IMG/VR virus record: IMGVR_UViG_3300021387_001464
Coordinates: 1-64,000 of that record
From: a virus
Lineage: Duplodnaviria > Caudoviricetes
DNA: 64,000 nucleotides
Reading direction: 5' to 3' (one strand)
The notes beneath the pieces were generated by a model. The model had not been told where the DNA came from. It did no database searches and worked only from the letters and a program-made list of their open reading frames with translations. Both the position numbers and the translations under genes were made by a program. This document shows, one piece after another, positions 19,846 to 29,579 of the stretch. Numbering within the stretch: position 1 is the first letter of the stretch; the number at the start of each line of letters is the position of its first letter.

Positions 19846-20061
19846 ATATATATAATAGCGCATTGATAGCAGTAATATGTTTTCAAATGTTAATAGAAAG
19901 CGTATTGTGGCTTTCAAAGTGTTAAAGTTTGAAAACGTATTGCATTTTTCTTTGGAAAAGTATTGCCGTTTTCAAAAAGATTTCGTAATTTTGCAATGTG
20001 ATTAAGAACGAACACTGATCACACAGATAAAACGGATAAAAAACTTTTAAACTTAAACAAT

Positions 20062-20316
20062 ATGAAAAAGAACAGAAAATTCATGCTTTGCCAATATCCT
20101 GGCAATGGTTTCGGAAAGAAGAACAACCAGTTCTATTTGTTGGACGTATTCGGCAACAGGTATGACATCGTGGACGAGTACGACAAGACGCTGGAAGAGA
20201 TGAACAAGGTGGTGCGTCTGGGCAATGGTGCGAATGACGTGTACTGCGAGAGCACGCTGGACGAGCTAATCAGTGCTATCGAACAGTGCTACGATACTAA
20301 GATTGTACGTTGGTAA
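20062..20316 (+). CDS. hypothetical protein
   Basis: ORF after a TAATTTTG promoter at ~19986. Confidence 0.75.
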   Translation: MKKNRKFMLCQYPGNGFGKKNNQFYLLDVFGNRYDIVDEYDKTLEEMNKVVRLGNGANDVYCESTLDELISAIEQCYDTKIVRW

Positions 20317-20349
20317 TAAATAATCAGTAATTATAGAAAGGGCGATAAT

Positions 20350-20730
20350 ATGAAGTACACATGTGTTGATGCCAGCAACGGCATGGAATACGACTTGAAG
20401 GCGCAGAACGACCAGGAGGCTATCATGGAGGCTTTCAACGATATGACGACTGGTTTTGATACTCGCTCGTGCCACGACTTCGACCACGACGTGAGAGAGG
20501 GTAACACCTGCTGCAACATTGACAAATGGGCAGACGGTGCTGGTGAGGATGATGATCCTGCTGCTTCGGCAAGCATCGAGTGGAACTTTGAGTTTCAGAC
20601 GGACTACCACACAGAAGGCGACTATATCCTGAAAGGAATCAGAGCCGAGCTGTTTGACGACACGGAGGTGACTGCTAATAACAACGAGGACTTCCGTAAT
20701 AAAATAATCAATCATTATACGAACAAATAA
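20350..20730 (+). CDS. hypothetical acidic protein
   Basis: 126 aa ORF. Confidence 0.75.
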   Translation: MKYTCVDASNGMEYDLKAQNDQEAIMEAFNDMTTGFDTRSCHDFDHDVREGNTCCNIDKWADGAGEDDDPAASASIEWNFEFQTDYHTEGDYILKGIRAELFDDTEVTANNNEDFRNKIINHYTNK

Positions 20731-20747
20731 TTATAGGAGGCGATATT

Positions 20748-21202
20748 ATGGCAAAGATTGAAGGAATGGCACTTAATGTAGTGCTGGCATTGGCAAAGAA
20801 GGAGATTATGGACTACTGCATGACTACTCGTGTAGGTGTGGTGAGTGTTGGATTCGACTACGACGCGATAGAGAGCGACGAGGACGGCGAGCGCACGCTG
20901 AACGTGGTGGCCGACGTGGACACGGACGCGAGGATGACGGTATGTCTCCACGCGACCTACTGATAGGCTTTTTCGCTACGTGCATCGACAAGGTGAAGGA
21001 CGGCGAGCAAAAGACCTATCTGAAGGATGTGATTGATTATTACGGCATCGCCGAAAGTCAGACGGAAAAAGCAAAGGATATTCTGGACAACTACCTGAAG
21101 AAGATGAAGGAATATCAAAAGAAACCGACCACTCAGGAGGCTGTTGCCAGACTGCTGGACGTGACCGCCCGTAAGTTGATTCTGCTGAGCGATGCGTGTT
21201 AG
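20748..21202 (+). CDS. hypothetical protein(s): two overlapping ORFs (20748-20963, 20942-21202), possibly one frameshifted gene
   Basis: A 1-nt insertion near 20929 would join them (..EDDGMSPRDLL..). Confidence 0.5.
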
Positions 21203-21237
21203 TTATAGTTTATAGGAATAATCAGAGATTAGGCGAT

Positions 21238-21546
21238 ATGAATGTTATAGAGAATATTGGAAATGACGGGGCATGTGCCATCGGTTATTTGGTGAGGGAC
21301 ATGGTTCTGCAGGAGGAAGTGGCGCATCCTGAATACGGCGAGGTCATCGTGAACGAAAAGAACGGCAATGACATCGACGTGGTAATAGATGGCAATCCGA
21401 TGACTGTCAGAATCAACGGCTACGATGACAAGCGAAAGTATTCGTACATCAGCCTGACGCTTATTAACCAGAAGTCAAAGTGCGAGATTTGTTCTTGCAC
21501 CGTCAAAAGAACATTGGACGTTGCAAAGATGATTAGGGAGATATAA
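21238..21546 (+). CDS. hypothetical protein
   Basis: AGGCGAT-ATG start context. Confidence 0.7.
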   Translation: MNVIENIGNDGACAIGYLVRDMVLQEEVAHPEYGEVIVNEKNGNDIDVVIDGNPMTVRINGYDDKRKYSYISLTLINQKSKCEICSCTVKRTLDVAKMIREI

Positions 21547-21625
21547 CAATCATCGGTAATTATAGAAAGGGCGAGAATATGGATTTTGAGCCCCTTGATA
21601 AGGGCGGCTATAAAGCAGGGATATT

Positions 21626-21814
21626 ATGGAAAAAGAAAATGTAAAAGAAATCAAGAAGAGTGGCCGTGGCGGCAGACGCGAGGGCAGCGGGCGCAAGGCA
21701 TTAGGAAAGAAGGCCGTGACGCTGAAACTGAGCGAGGAAAGCGTGGAGATACTGGCGCGGCAGGAGAATAAATCAGAGTTCGTGGACGAGCTAATCAAGG
21801 CAGCAAAGGAGTGA
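21626..21814 (+). CDS. small ribbon-helix-helix-like DNA-binding protein
   Basis: RGGRREGSGRK followed by VTLKLSEE..NKSEFVDELI. Confidence 0.7.
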   Translation: MEKENVKEIKKSGRGGRREGSGRKALGKKAVTLKLSEESVEILARQENKSEFVDELIKAAKE

Positions 21815-21910
21815 ACTTTGTCCTTATTAAGCAGCACGGTTTTCGTATCTTTGTCGGTGAAACAATAACACAGGTAAAGATATGAAGAAGGATTTAAACA
21901 TCGAAGAGAA

Positions 21911-22459
21911 ATGTCAAAGAGCAATAGTAGTAAAGCCCGTCAACTGGGAACAGCGGATAGGCAAGGAGAAGGCTCGGCGGAACTTCGCAGTGAGCATGGC
22001 ACTGCTCAACGTAAAACTGCGTACTACGAAAAGCACTACGGAGAAGTAGTGCCAAAGCTGACAGTAGAAGCCGAGGTGACTGTCTCGCTGCCATGGGGTG
22101 AGCGGACGGAGCAGGGTATCGGCATCTGGGACACTGGAGCCACACAGTCGTCAATAGCAAAGCACTTTGCCGACAGACTGGGCATCGTGGCACAGCCTCC
22201 GACGGACGACGAGTTGCAACCGATGACCGTCATGCAGACAATATTGCAAGGTTCGACTTTGGCGACAATCCGCATCGGCGACATTGTATTACCACACATA
22301 AGCCTGAAAGTGGTTGACATCGACCCTGACGGCAGTCTGAAGAACTTGGGCTATCGGGTGCCAGACTTCATTATCGGTATGGATGTTATCGCCAGCGGAC
22401 GCTTCACGGTGGACTCCACGGGTGACGAAACGGTACTGACGTTCGAGCCGGACTTCTGA
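21911..22459 (+). CDS. retropepsin-like aspartic protease
   Basis: IWDTGAT and IIGMDVI motifs. Confidence 0.8.
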   Translation: MSKSNSSKARQLGTADRQGEGSAELRSEHGTAQRKTAYYEKHYGEVVPKLTVEAEVTVSLPWGERTEQGIGIWDTGATQSSIAKHFADRLGIVAQPPTDDELQPMTVMQTILQGSTLATIRIGDIVLPHISLKVVDIDPDGSLKNLGYRVPDFIIGMDVIASGRFTVDSTGDETVLTFEPDF

Positions 22460-22489
22460 ACCACGGATAGTTTTTTCAGCAACGGATTA

Positions 22490-22521
22490 AGAGCGGGAGC
22501 CTCGGTGGTTCTCGCTTTTTT
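22490..22521 (+). terminator. intrinsic terminator
   Basis: AGAGCGGGAGC...GTTCTCGCTT followed by a T run. Confidence 0.6.
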
Positions 22522-22578
22522 GTGATAATACTTGCAAGTTCTTGCTAAAGTTGCAAGGATTGGAAAGAATGGATGCAA

Positions 22579-22851
22579 CTACTCGACCTTGATATTCAGA
22601 TTATGGCCGCAGTACGGACACTTCTGCTGGGGCTCGATGTGGCTGGCGGGATTGTCGGCCACCAGTTCGCTGACGGTGATGCCTAATGCCTGAGCAATGC
22701 GCTCCAATGTAGGCCATGACGGTGAGTCAAGCATCTTATTTAGATTGCCACTATTGATGCCAGCCAGTTCGGTTACTTCGCGCTTGGTCTTACCGCTTTC
22801 GGCAATGCGCTTCTCTATAATGGTGCGTATAGTAATGTTCTGTTCTTCCAT
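22579..22851 (-). CDS. XRE-family HTH regulator with CPxC tail
   Basis: PSWPTLERIAQALG and CPYCG; minus-strand TACCTTTG promoter at ~22885-22894. Confidence 0.85.
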   Translation of the reverse strand: MEEQNITIRTIIEKRIAESGKTKREVTELAGINSGNLNKMLDSPSWPTLERIAQALGITVSELVADNPASHIEPQQKCPYCGHNLNIKVE

Positions 22852-23086
22852 ATTTTGATAGTATATATTTACGATTGTTTCGTTTGCAAAGGTACGAAAA
22901 ATATTCTTTATATACTACTTTTTGCCCTAAAATCTTACTTATTTGGTTAATTCTTGTTAAGAAATAGTATTTATTTACTTCTTTTCTTTGTAAGTTACCA
23001 AATATTTACTACCTTTGCCCTTGCAATCAAGAAATCAATAATACAACAAATCAACATTTCAATCAAACAATAAAACAACAAAGTAT

Positions 23087-23368
23087 ATGAACAACATGAA
23101 GAAGACGCTGGAGAACCAGCAAAGAATGAATGAGGCAGTAAATGCTATCGTGGAGAACTTCACAGCGGGCTACCCCTACGAAGAGCATCTGGAACAGATG
23201 GTGGACGCCCAGACGGAGATTGTGGCACTCATGGAACTGGCTAAGCAGCAGGCTGCAATCGGCGGCTCGCGCTGCGAGGTGGACACTGAAACCATCACCG
23301 TGTTCCTGCAGGCCGTCCGTACCTACCTGAAACTGCTGAAGCCGTTTGCTACGGTCAGCAACGAATAA
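23087..23368 (+). CDS. hypothetical protein
   Basis: ORF divergent from the HTH gene, after a TACCTTTG promoter. Confidence 0.75.
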   Translation: MNNMKKTLENQQRMNEAVNAIVENFTAGYPYEEHLEQMVDAQTEIVALMELAKQQAAIGGSRCEVDTETITVFLQAVRTYLKLLKPFATVSNE

Positions 23369-23496
23369 ACAAAATTCTTACCTTCCGTTCCTTACACGAA
23401 CTGCCGACGAGTGGGCAGGACCCCCTGCCCCTCGTTTTTCAAGAAATCAATAAATCAACAAACATTGCAATCAACAAACCAATAAAGCATACAACA

Positions 23497-23730
23497 ATGG
23501 AAGCAACAATTCAATCAACAAACAGAGCAATCAATATTGATGTCAATGTATCAATCAATGTTGATGCGTTGAAAGCAATCATTCAACGTGGATGGAAAGC
23601 AGCATGGAAAGCAATCAATGTTTATGTGTTGCAACCCATCAAGCAAGAGGTGAGCGAGATTACGTTATCAGACGTGATGATTTTCCTGATGCTGCTGGCT
23701 TTCGTCTTCGAGATTTACATGCTGGGGTAG
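23497..23730 (+). CDS. small membrane protein
   Basis: C-terminal hydrophobic helix. Confidence 0.55.
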   Translation: MEATIQSTNRAINIDVNVSINVDALKAIIQRGWKAAWKAINVYVLQPIKQEVSEITLSDVMIFLMLLAFVFEIYMLG

Positions 23731-23824
23731 GACTACGAATTTTACGTAATCGCTTTAGCGCTTTCACAAAGCGACAGCGACTGAAAGAATTATACGAATA
23801 TACATTATAATATATATACAGACT

Positions 23825-24496
23825 ATGACACAGACGTATCAGATGAAGCATAACGCGCAGGGGACGATCTACAGCCTGCTGACGGTGGAGAGTGACGGAC
23901 AGATGACGATGACGTTCCACGGAACGGACCGCGAGATCTGCCACGAGGCGAACATGACGGAGGACGGACGGATAGCCGTAGGCAGCTCGCTGTTCCCCGG
24001 ACTGGAGAGCGGAAGGTGGCAACTGATGGCTGATGTAAGAGGGCTGATGGCTGATGTTATAGAGACCGCAGATTGCGCAGATTCCACAGATAATGAGCCG
24101 GAGGTTATAGCAGAAACTACGAATTACACGAATAATGAGCCTGTAACCGTGCGCTCGGCTCTGCCGCTTTGCTCAGCAAAGAACTCTAAACCATCAGACA
24201 TCAGCCATCATACATCAGCCATCGACCAGCCCCGTCCTCGTCGGCAGCGCAAGCCTCGCAAGCCGCGTGTGGAGCGTCAGCCATCAGACATTAGCCATCA
24301 GACATTATCCATCGACCATCAGCCATCATCCATCGACCATCAGCCATCAGACATCGACCGCCATCAGCCATCTGCCACGATGAAGGCAATCGGCATGGTG
24401 GCAGCGGCTACGGTGGCGTTGTTCGTGATTTACGAGACTGGGCTGCTCATTCCACTGGGACTAATTGGTCTCGCCACGGGCGGGCTCTTGAAATAA
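23825..24496 (+). CDS. hypothetical protein with heptamer-derived repeats and a C-terminal TM segment
   Basis: 223 aa ORF. Confidence 0.7.
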   Translation: MTQTYQMKHNAQGTIYSLLTVESDGQMTMTFHGTDREICHEANMTEDGRIAVGSSLFPGLESGRWQLMADVRGLMADVIETADCADSTDNEPEVIAETTNYTNNEPVTVRSALPLCSAKNSKPSDISHHTSAIDQPRPRRQRKPRKPRVERQPSDISHQTLSIDHQPSSIDHQPSDIDRHQPSATMKAIGMVAAATVALFVIYETGLLIPLGLIGLATGGLLK

Positions 24497-24575
24497 ACAA
24501 TTCTTGAAATCAAGAAATCAACGTTGATTGATTGAGATAAGGCAAACAAATAAGCAAACAAAAATATTTAAAGTT

Positions 24576-24956
24576 ATGAAGAAGAAAACAAGTTTAGAAG
24601 AGGCAATGGAGCGTATAGACAAGATGTCTGACGAGGAGAAGGCGGCTCTCTACGAAGATTTCAAAGAGGCCACCAAGAGTATGGACGAACTGGAACACCT
24701 GATACGCGATGCAGTGGCTTCGTGGGGAAGGAAGCATCAGGACGAAGAACATGTCACGGCAAAAATGATGACTGGTTTGTCGAAAGGCTTGTGTCATATT
24801 CTGGTAGTGCTCGACGAGACTTGTGGCGATAGCGAGCATAAGCCGTCTTCAGCATTCCTTGCGACGCTGCCTATCGGCATGGTGCTGGCCAAGAATGAGT
24901 ATGATTTGAGAGAGCATCTGGAGCATGCGCGAAAGATGCGAGAGGGTGTTAACTAA
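24576..24956 (+). CDS. hypothetical protein
   Basis: ATG at 24576, upstream of parA. Confidence 0.7.
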   Translation: MKKKTSLEEAMERIDKMSDEEKAALYEDFKEATKSMDELEHLIRDAVASWGRKHQDEEHVTAKMMTGLSKGLCHILVVLDETCGDSEHKPSSAFLATLPIGMVLAKNEYDLREHLEHARKMREGVN

Positions 24957-24970
24957 AAGTGAAAAGCGTT

Positions 24971-25777
24971 ATGGAAACAAGACTGAAAGAAGTGTTGGCG
25001 ATAGTCAACAACAAGGGCGGAGTGGGGAAGACCACCACCGTGCAGAGCCTGGCAGTGGCGATGAAGCGCGAGCATAAGGACTGGCGCATACTGGTCATCG
25101 ACCTTGACCCGCAGGGCGACTTGTCGAAGCTGTATGGCTGGAACAAGAGCCGTGATGGTCAGCCGACCATAACCGACGCTATGGCGGTAGAGAACGGCCA
25201 TCTGCCTATCTATAAGAGCGACCGGGGCATCTACTTCGTTCCATCGTCGCCGATGCTCCAAAAGATTGAACCGAAGCTGCAGGAGCAGATGCAGCCGTAC
25301 ATGGTGCTGCGTAAGTTAATTATAGGCTCGGTGGAGGATTGCAGCGGCGAGGGCATCACGAGCATCCCTGAATACTTCGACTACGTGCTGATAGACTGTC
25401 CTCCGGCATTAAGCATGTGTACCTACAACGCTATGGCGGTGGCATCGGGACTATTGATACCCGTGCAGATGGAAGGACTGAGCGTCAGCGGCCTTGCCCC
25501 TGTCATCGTGGAAATGGAACGAGTGAAGCGGGAACTGAACCCGCAACTGGAACTGCGCGGCATACTGCCTGTCATGGTGGACGCACGCCCCAATATCTCG
25601 AAGTCGTTCATCGCCTATCTGGAGCAGGCGTATGGTGACAATATCACTACGACGATTATCCCAAGATCGGTGCGTGTAAATGAGGCGCAGACGAAGAAAC
25701 AGGACATCTATGAGTATAAGCAGTGGAGCCCCGTGGCCAATGCGTATGAGAGCCTGGCAAAAGAACTTTTCGGATAG
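24971..25777 (+). CDS. parA: ParA/Soj partition ATPase
   Basis: KGGVGKTT, IDLDPQG, IDCPP motifs. Confidence 0.95.
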   Translation: METRLKEVLAIVNNKGGVGKTTTVQSLAVAMKREHKDWRILVIDLDPQGDLSKLYGWNKSRDGQPTITDAMAVENGHLPIYKSDRGIYFVPSSPMLQKIEPKLQEQMQPYMVLRKLIIGSVEDCSGEGITSIPEYFDYVLIDCPPALSMCTYNAMAVASGLLIPVQMEGLSVSGLAPVIVEMERVKRELNPQLELRGILPVMVDARPNISKSFIAYLEQAYGDNITTTIIPRSVRVNEAQTKKQDIYEYKQWSPVANAYESLAKELFG

Positions 25778-25820
25778 CTCATTCTTCATTCTTCATTCTT
25801 AATTCTTAATTTATATAGTT

Positions 25821-26177
25821 ATGGTAAAGAAAAGTAACGGTTGGAACCTGCAGGAAATGCAGGAGACCTTAGTAAAGGACACGGAGCAGCGCATCAGCGA
25901 CGGGTTCCAGGAGATAGTAAGCGGACAGGGCGCAGCCAGTGTGCCGAGCGGTTCGCCCGCGAGTGTCGAGTCTGTTGCTGTGCCACAGCAACCAAAAGAA
26001 CCATCGGAGCAGGAGCCCACCAAGGGCGTGCAGACCTACATCCCCATGTCGATGTACCGCCGACTGAACGACATCAAGCTGACGCGCCGTGAGAACATTG
26101 CCGCACTGGTGGCACAGGCCATTGAACTGTGGCTCGACGTGCAGGAGGGGAAGCAGAAAGTGGAAAAAGTTATATAG
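25821..26177 (+). CDS. putative ParA partner (RHH-type centromere-binding protein)
   Basis: Small gene after parA; disordered N-terminus and C-terminal beta-helix-helix pattern. Confidence 0.55.
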   Translation: MVKKSNGWNLQEMQETLVKDTEQRISDGFQEIVSGQGAASVPSGSPASVESVAVPQQPKEPSEQEPTKGVQTYIPMSMYRRLNDIKLTRRENIAALVAQAIELWLDVQEGKQKVEKVI

Positions 26178-26420
26178 TTGGACACCAAGTTTTCGCCATC
26201 CGAGGTGGAAAAAGTTATAAAGTTGGACACCTACATATTACTATACAATATAATACTCTTTATTTATTATAGAAAAATCATAGGTATCGTATCGTATTAT
26301 AGGGACTGTGAGAAATCGCCTGTTCATAGGGCTTTCGAGCGATTGAGGTTGCCAAACATATAACTCTGGGTTGCCAAACATAGAGGTTTAAGTGAACAAA
26401 ATTAGAGGTTTTTGCAATAA
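26161..26420 (+). repeat. iteron-like repeats / putative plasmid origin
   Basis: GGAAAAAGTTATAWAGTTGGACACC x2, an AT-rich tract, and GGTTGCCAAACATA repeats ~21 bp apart, directly upstream of rep. Confidence 0.6.
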
Positions 26421-27637
26421 TGGATGAACTGACGCTGATAAAAACGCCAAACTCGTATATCAAACTGGGTGCTAAGCGCACACTGCTGCAACAGGACTCG
26501 CTGCTGATGGTCAGCGCTCACCTGCAGGAGTATATGAAGACGTTCTTTGAACTGGGACTGCATCACAGTGGGGCCGCCGTGCGTCCGCTCTTCACGAAGT
26601 ATGTGCTGGAGCATGGCATACCGCCGTTCCGCATCTACCTGGCGGATATGGGCATCAAGGCACAGAACTACCAGACGGTGCGCGAGGCTATCGCCGAAAT
26701 GAACGTGGTGGTGGAGCATGCCGAACTGGATAACGAGGGGCGCAAGACGGGCGGCACGATCTTCTCGCCGGTGTTCAAGCAGTTTCGTGTGCCTGAGCAC
26801 TATGGTTATATCGAGGTGGAGATCAATAACAATGTGGCGCAGTATGCGTTCGACATGGCGCAGGGCTATATCAGTCATCCCAAACAGATTGCACGTTATG
26901 CCACGAAACGCTCTACACCGCCGCTGTACTTCAAGTTACTCATGGAGCATCGCAACGTCGTGCGCCTGTCGGTGCCTGAGATTAAGCGGGCTATCGGCAT
27001 GGAGCCGTTCCGTGACGACAAGACGGGCGAGTGGGTGGTGCCTTACCAGAAGTTCGCACATTTCAAGACGAAGGTACTGGATGCTGTGAAGGGCGACCTC
27101 GACAAGATGGCCGCAGACGGCCATGCTGACCTGACGTTTACCTACGAGCCTATCTACCAGGGCGACCGACGACGTGGCGATCCTGACTTCGTGGAGTTCC
27201 TGGTGAAGCGTATCGGCGACAATGCGCAGCAACCCGTCGAGGGTGACCTCTTCGCCAATGCAGTAACCGTACCAGGCAATTCCGTTCCCAATGCTTCAGC
27301 ATTAGCTTCTCAGTCATCTCTTCGTTTCGTTCCCGATGCTTCAGCGTCGGGCAGCGGTTCAGAGGCTGGTATTACGCAGCCCAACCTCACCAAAGAACAG
27401 GCGCAGCAGGCGTGGCAACAGTGCTACGCCGACTTCAAGACGCAGCTGGGACTGTCGGGTGCCGACGTGTGGTTCGTGGATTATCAGGACGGAGAGGTGA
27501 CATTTGCCTACGACCGCAAAGAACCAGGACTGGCAGAGCGGCTGACCAATGGCAAGACAAGTGCTGCTTTTGCGGCTATCGTCAAAAAACACTTCGGTGG
27601 CGATGCGACGTACAGACTGAGACGAAGCGGCGGTTGA
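26420..27637 (+). CDS. Rep_3-family plasmid replication initiator
   Basis: IKTPNSY, LYFKL, Y.KFAHFKTKVLDAV..DL pattern; sits next to parA and iterons. Confidence 0.75.
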   Translation: MDELTLIKTPNSYIKLGAKRTLLQQDSLLMVSAHLQEYMKTFFELGLHHSGAAVRPLFTKYVLEHGIPPFRIYLADMGIKAQNYQTVREAIAEMNVVVEHAELDNEGRKTGGTIFSPVFKQFRVPEHYGYIEVEINNNVAQYAFDMAQGYISHPKQIARYATKRSTPPLYFKLLMEHRNVVRLSVPEIKRAIGMEPFRDDKTGEWVVPYQKFAHFKTKVLDAVKGDLDKMAADGHADLTFTYEPIYQGDRRRGDPDFVEFLVKRIGDNAQQPVEGDLFANAVTVPGNSVPNASALASQSSLRFVPDASASGSGSEAGITQPNLTKEQAQQAWQQCYADFKTQLGLSGADVWFVDYQDGEVTFAYDRKEPGLAERLTNGKTSAAFAAIVKKHFGGDATYRLRRSGG

Positions 27638-27698
27638 TGTCCGTTCGTTTATGAATATTGCCGTACCTTTGCGATAAACTTATTAAAACAATTCTATT

Positions 27699-28436
27699 AT
27701 GTTTGACAATTTTTACAACCCATTCCACATGATGCAGCAACCAGATGATGACATGATGAAGGATATGACCTTCGAGGACCGCATCAGGTTCTGCGTGCTG
27801 CAAGTGATTAGTTTCTTTTGTGTATTAGCCATCGCACTGGTCGCCTGTACCGTTATCTCACTATTCACAGGATGCACCACCACGAAAGCCATTGAGAACC
27901 ATCACCACCACTATGTGCAGGCCGACACGCTGGCTATCCAGGCTCAAATAGACCGCCGACTAAGCAGTTGGCACGCCCAAATGGACTCGTTATGGCGGCA
28001 GCGCATGGAAGAGTACAGTGCCTCGTTGTTCAGCAACGAGGACCAAAAAGAAAAAGTCACCGAGACCATCACCACCTGGACGGACAGCCTTGGCCGAGAA
28101 ATGCGTCAGGAGCAGCGCACCACGGAGCGGTCCATGTCGCGCATGCAGCAACAAACCGAACAGCGCCTAAGCCGTGAATTTAAAATGAGGTTGAGCACGG
28201 CACTTGATTCCGTCAACGACATCTGGCAGCAGCGGTTCGAGCGGTACCAGACGCATTGGGAACAGGCTGACAGCACGGATAGTCATGCGCAAAGCGGTTC
28301 TGCCGCCTTTGGCGAACTTCCGTGGTATAAACGCTGGTGGCAGACACTGAAAGACTACCTGCTCATGGCGGCTATCCTTGCACTGCTCATCATAACATGG
28401 AAATGGTGGAGCCCATTGCTGCGAAAGATGTTTTAG
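27699..28436 (+). CDS. membrane-anchored lipoprotein-like protein (possible spanin)
   Basis: N-terminal TM/lipobox LFTGC, coiled coil, C-terminal TM. Confidence 0.55.
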   Translation: MFDNFYNPFHMMQQPDDDMMKDMTFEDRIRFCVLQVISFFCVLAIALVACTVISLFTGCTTTKAIENHHHHYVQADTLAIQAQIDRRLSSWHAQMDSLWRQRMEEYSASLFSNEDQKEKVTETITTWTDSLGREMRQEQRTTERSMSRMQQQTEQRLSREFKMRLSTALDSVNDIWQQRFERYQTHWEQADSTDSHAQSGSAAFGELPWYKRWWQTLKDYLLMAAILALLIITWKWWSPLLRKMF

Positions 28437-28497
28437 ACCACGGATTACACAGATTATACGGATTAGGTTTTTAACGAACACGAATAGACACGAATTT

Positions 28498-28866
28498 ATG
28501 AAAAGAACAGTTGATACACTACGAGGACGATATAAGATTATCGGTGATGGAGAAACTACAAAGGCCGTAAGCATTATGGATAATGACGATTGCTTCGAGT
28601 TCGACAAATCAGAAGTAACCGATGAAGAGGTACAGGAACGCATCAATGCTACTTGCGAATGGCCGAAAGCAGGCGAATGGTGTTCCGACTTTGATAAGGC
28701 ACCACGAGGAATCCCTGTATTGCTGTATAGCGGAGAGATATACGAACCCGCTGTCGGAAGCATCAGCGAGACCGATGACGAAATTATCAGCAGCCATTCG
28801 GAATACGACCACTGCCCACTGAACCACATCGACCAGTTTATGATTATCCCAGACTTTGAGCCATGA
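28498..28866 (+). CDS. hypothetical protein
   Basis: 122 aa ORF overlapping the next gene (ATGA). Confidence 0.7.
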   Translation: MKRTVDTLRGRYKIIGDGETTKAVSIMDNDDCFEFDKSEVTDEEVQERINATCEWPKAGEWCSDFDKAPRGIPVLLYSGEIYEPAVGSISETDDEIISSHSEYDHCPLNHIDQFMIIPDFEP

Positions 28867-29564
28867 ACGTAAACGAGATATACAATATGGACTGCCTGCA
28901 GGGATTGCGGCAAATTGAGAGTGGCACGGTGTCGCTCATCGTTGCAGACCCGCCATACGAGTTGCAGCAGCACAACGAAAAAGGCGGTAGTGCTTTCGGC
29001 AAGAAAGGCCGAGACTATCATCAAGGCATCGACCACCTGCAAAGCGGTGTGAGCAACGAAGTGTTGGAGGAATGTCTGCGTGTCTGCAAGCATCCTAACA
29101 TGTATATCTTCTGCTCGAAAGACCAGTTGCCGCAGTTGCTGGGCTTTGCACTCAGCCACAAGTTGAAGTACGACCTGCTGACGTGGCACAAGACGAACCC
29201 TGTGCCAACCTGCAACAACAAGTATCTGAGCGATACGGAGTACATCGTATTCATGCGGAATGGCGCCAACCTCTACGGCACGTATGAGACCAAGCGCAAG
29301 TATTTCATCACTCAGACGAATACTGCCGACAAGAAGGCTTTCGGGCATCCTACACCAAAGCCTGTGCCTATCATCAAGACGCTTATAGAGAACTCAACCC
29401 AACTGGGGGGGGTAGTTCTTGACCCTTACATGGGCAGTGGCACAACGGCAATCGCTTGTATGCAGAGCGGACGGAAGTACATCGGCTTCGAGTTGAACAA
29501 GGAATACTACGACAAGGCGGTAAAGCGTATCAAGGGCGAGCAAGCACAACTTACGCTATTCTAA
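28863..29564 (+). CDS. DNA N6A/N4C methyltransferase (beta class) with an in-frame G8 tract
   Basis: DPPY, HPTPKP, VLDPYMGSGTT; G8 at 29405-29412. Confidence 0.92.
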   Translation: MNVNEIYNMDCLQGLRQIESGTVSLIVADPPYELQQHNEKGGSAFGKKGRDYHQGIDHLQSGVSNEVLEECLRVCKHPNMYIFCSKDQLPQLLGFALSHKLKYDLLTWHKTNPVPTCNNKYLSDTEYIVFMRNGANLYGTYETKRKYFITQTNTADKKAFGHPTPKPVPIIKTLIENSTQLGGVVLDPYMGSGTTAIACMQSGRKYIGFELNKEYYDKAVKRIKGEQAQLTLF

Positions 29565-29579
29565 ATTCGTTTCATCCGT

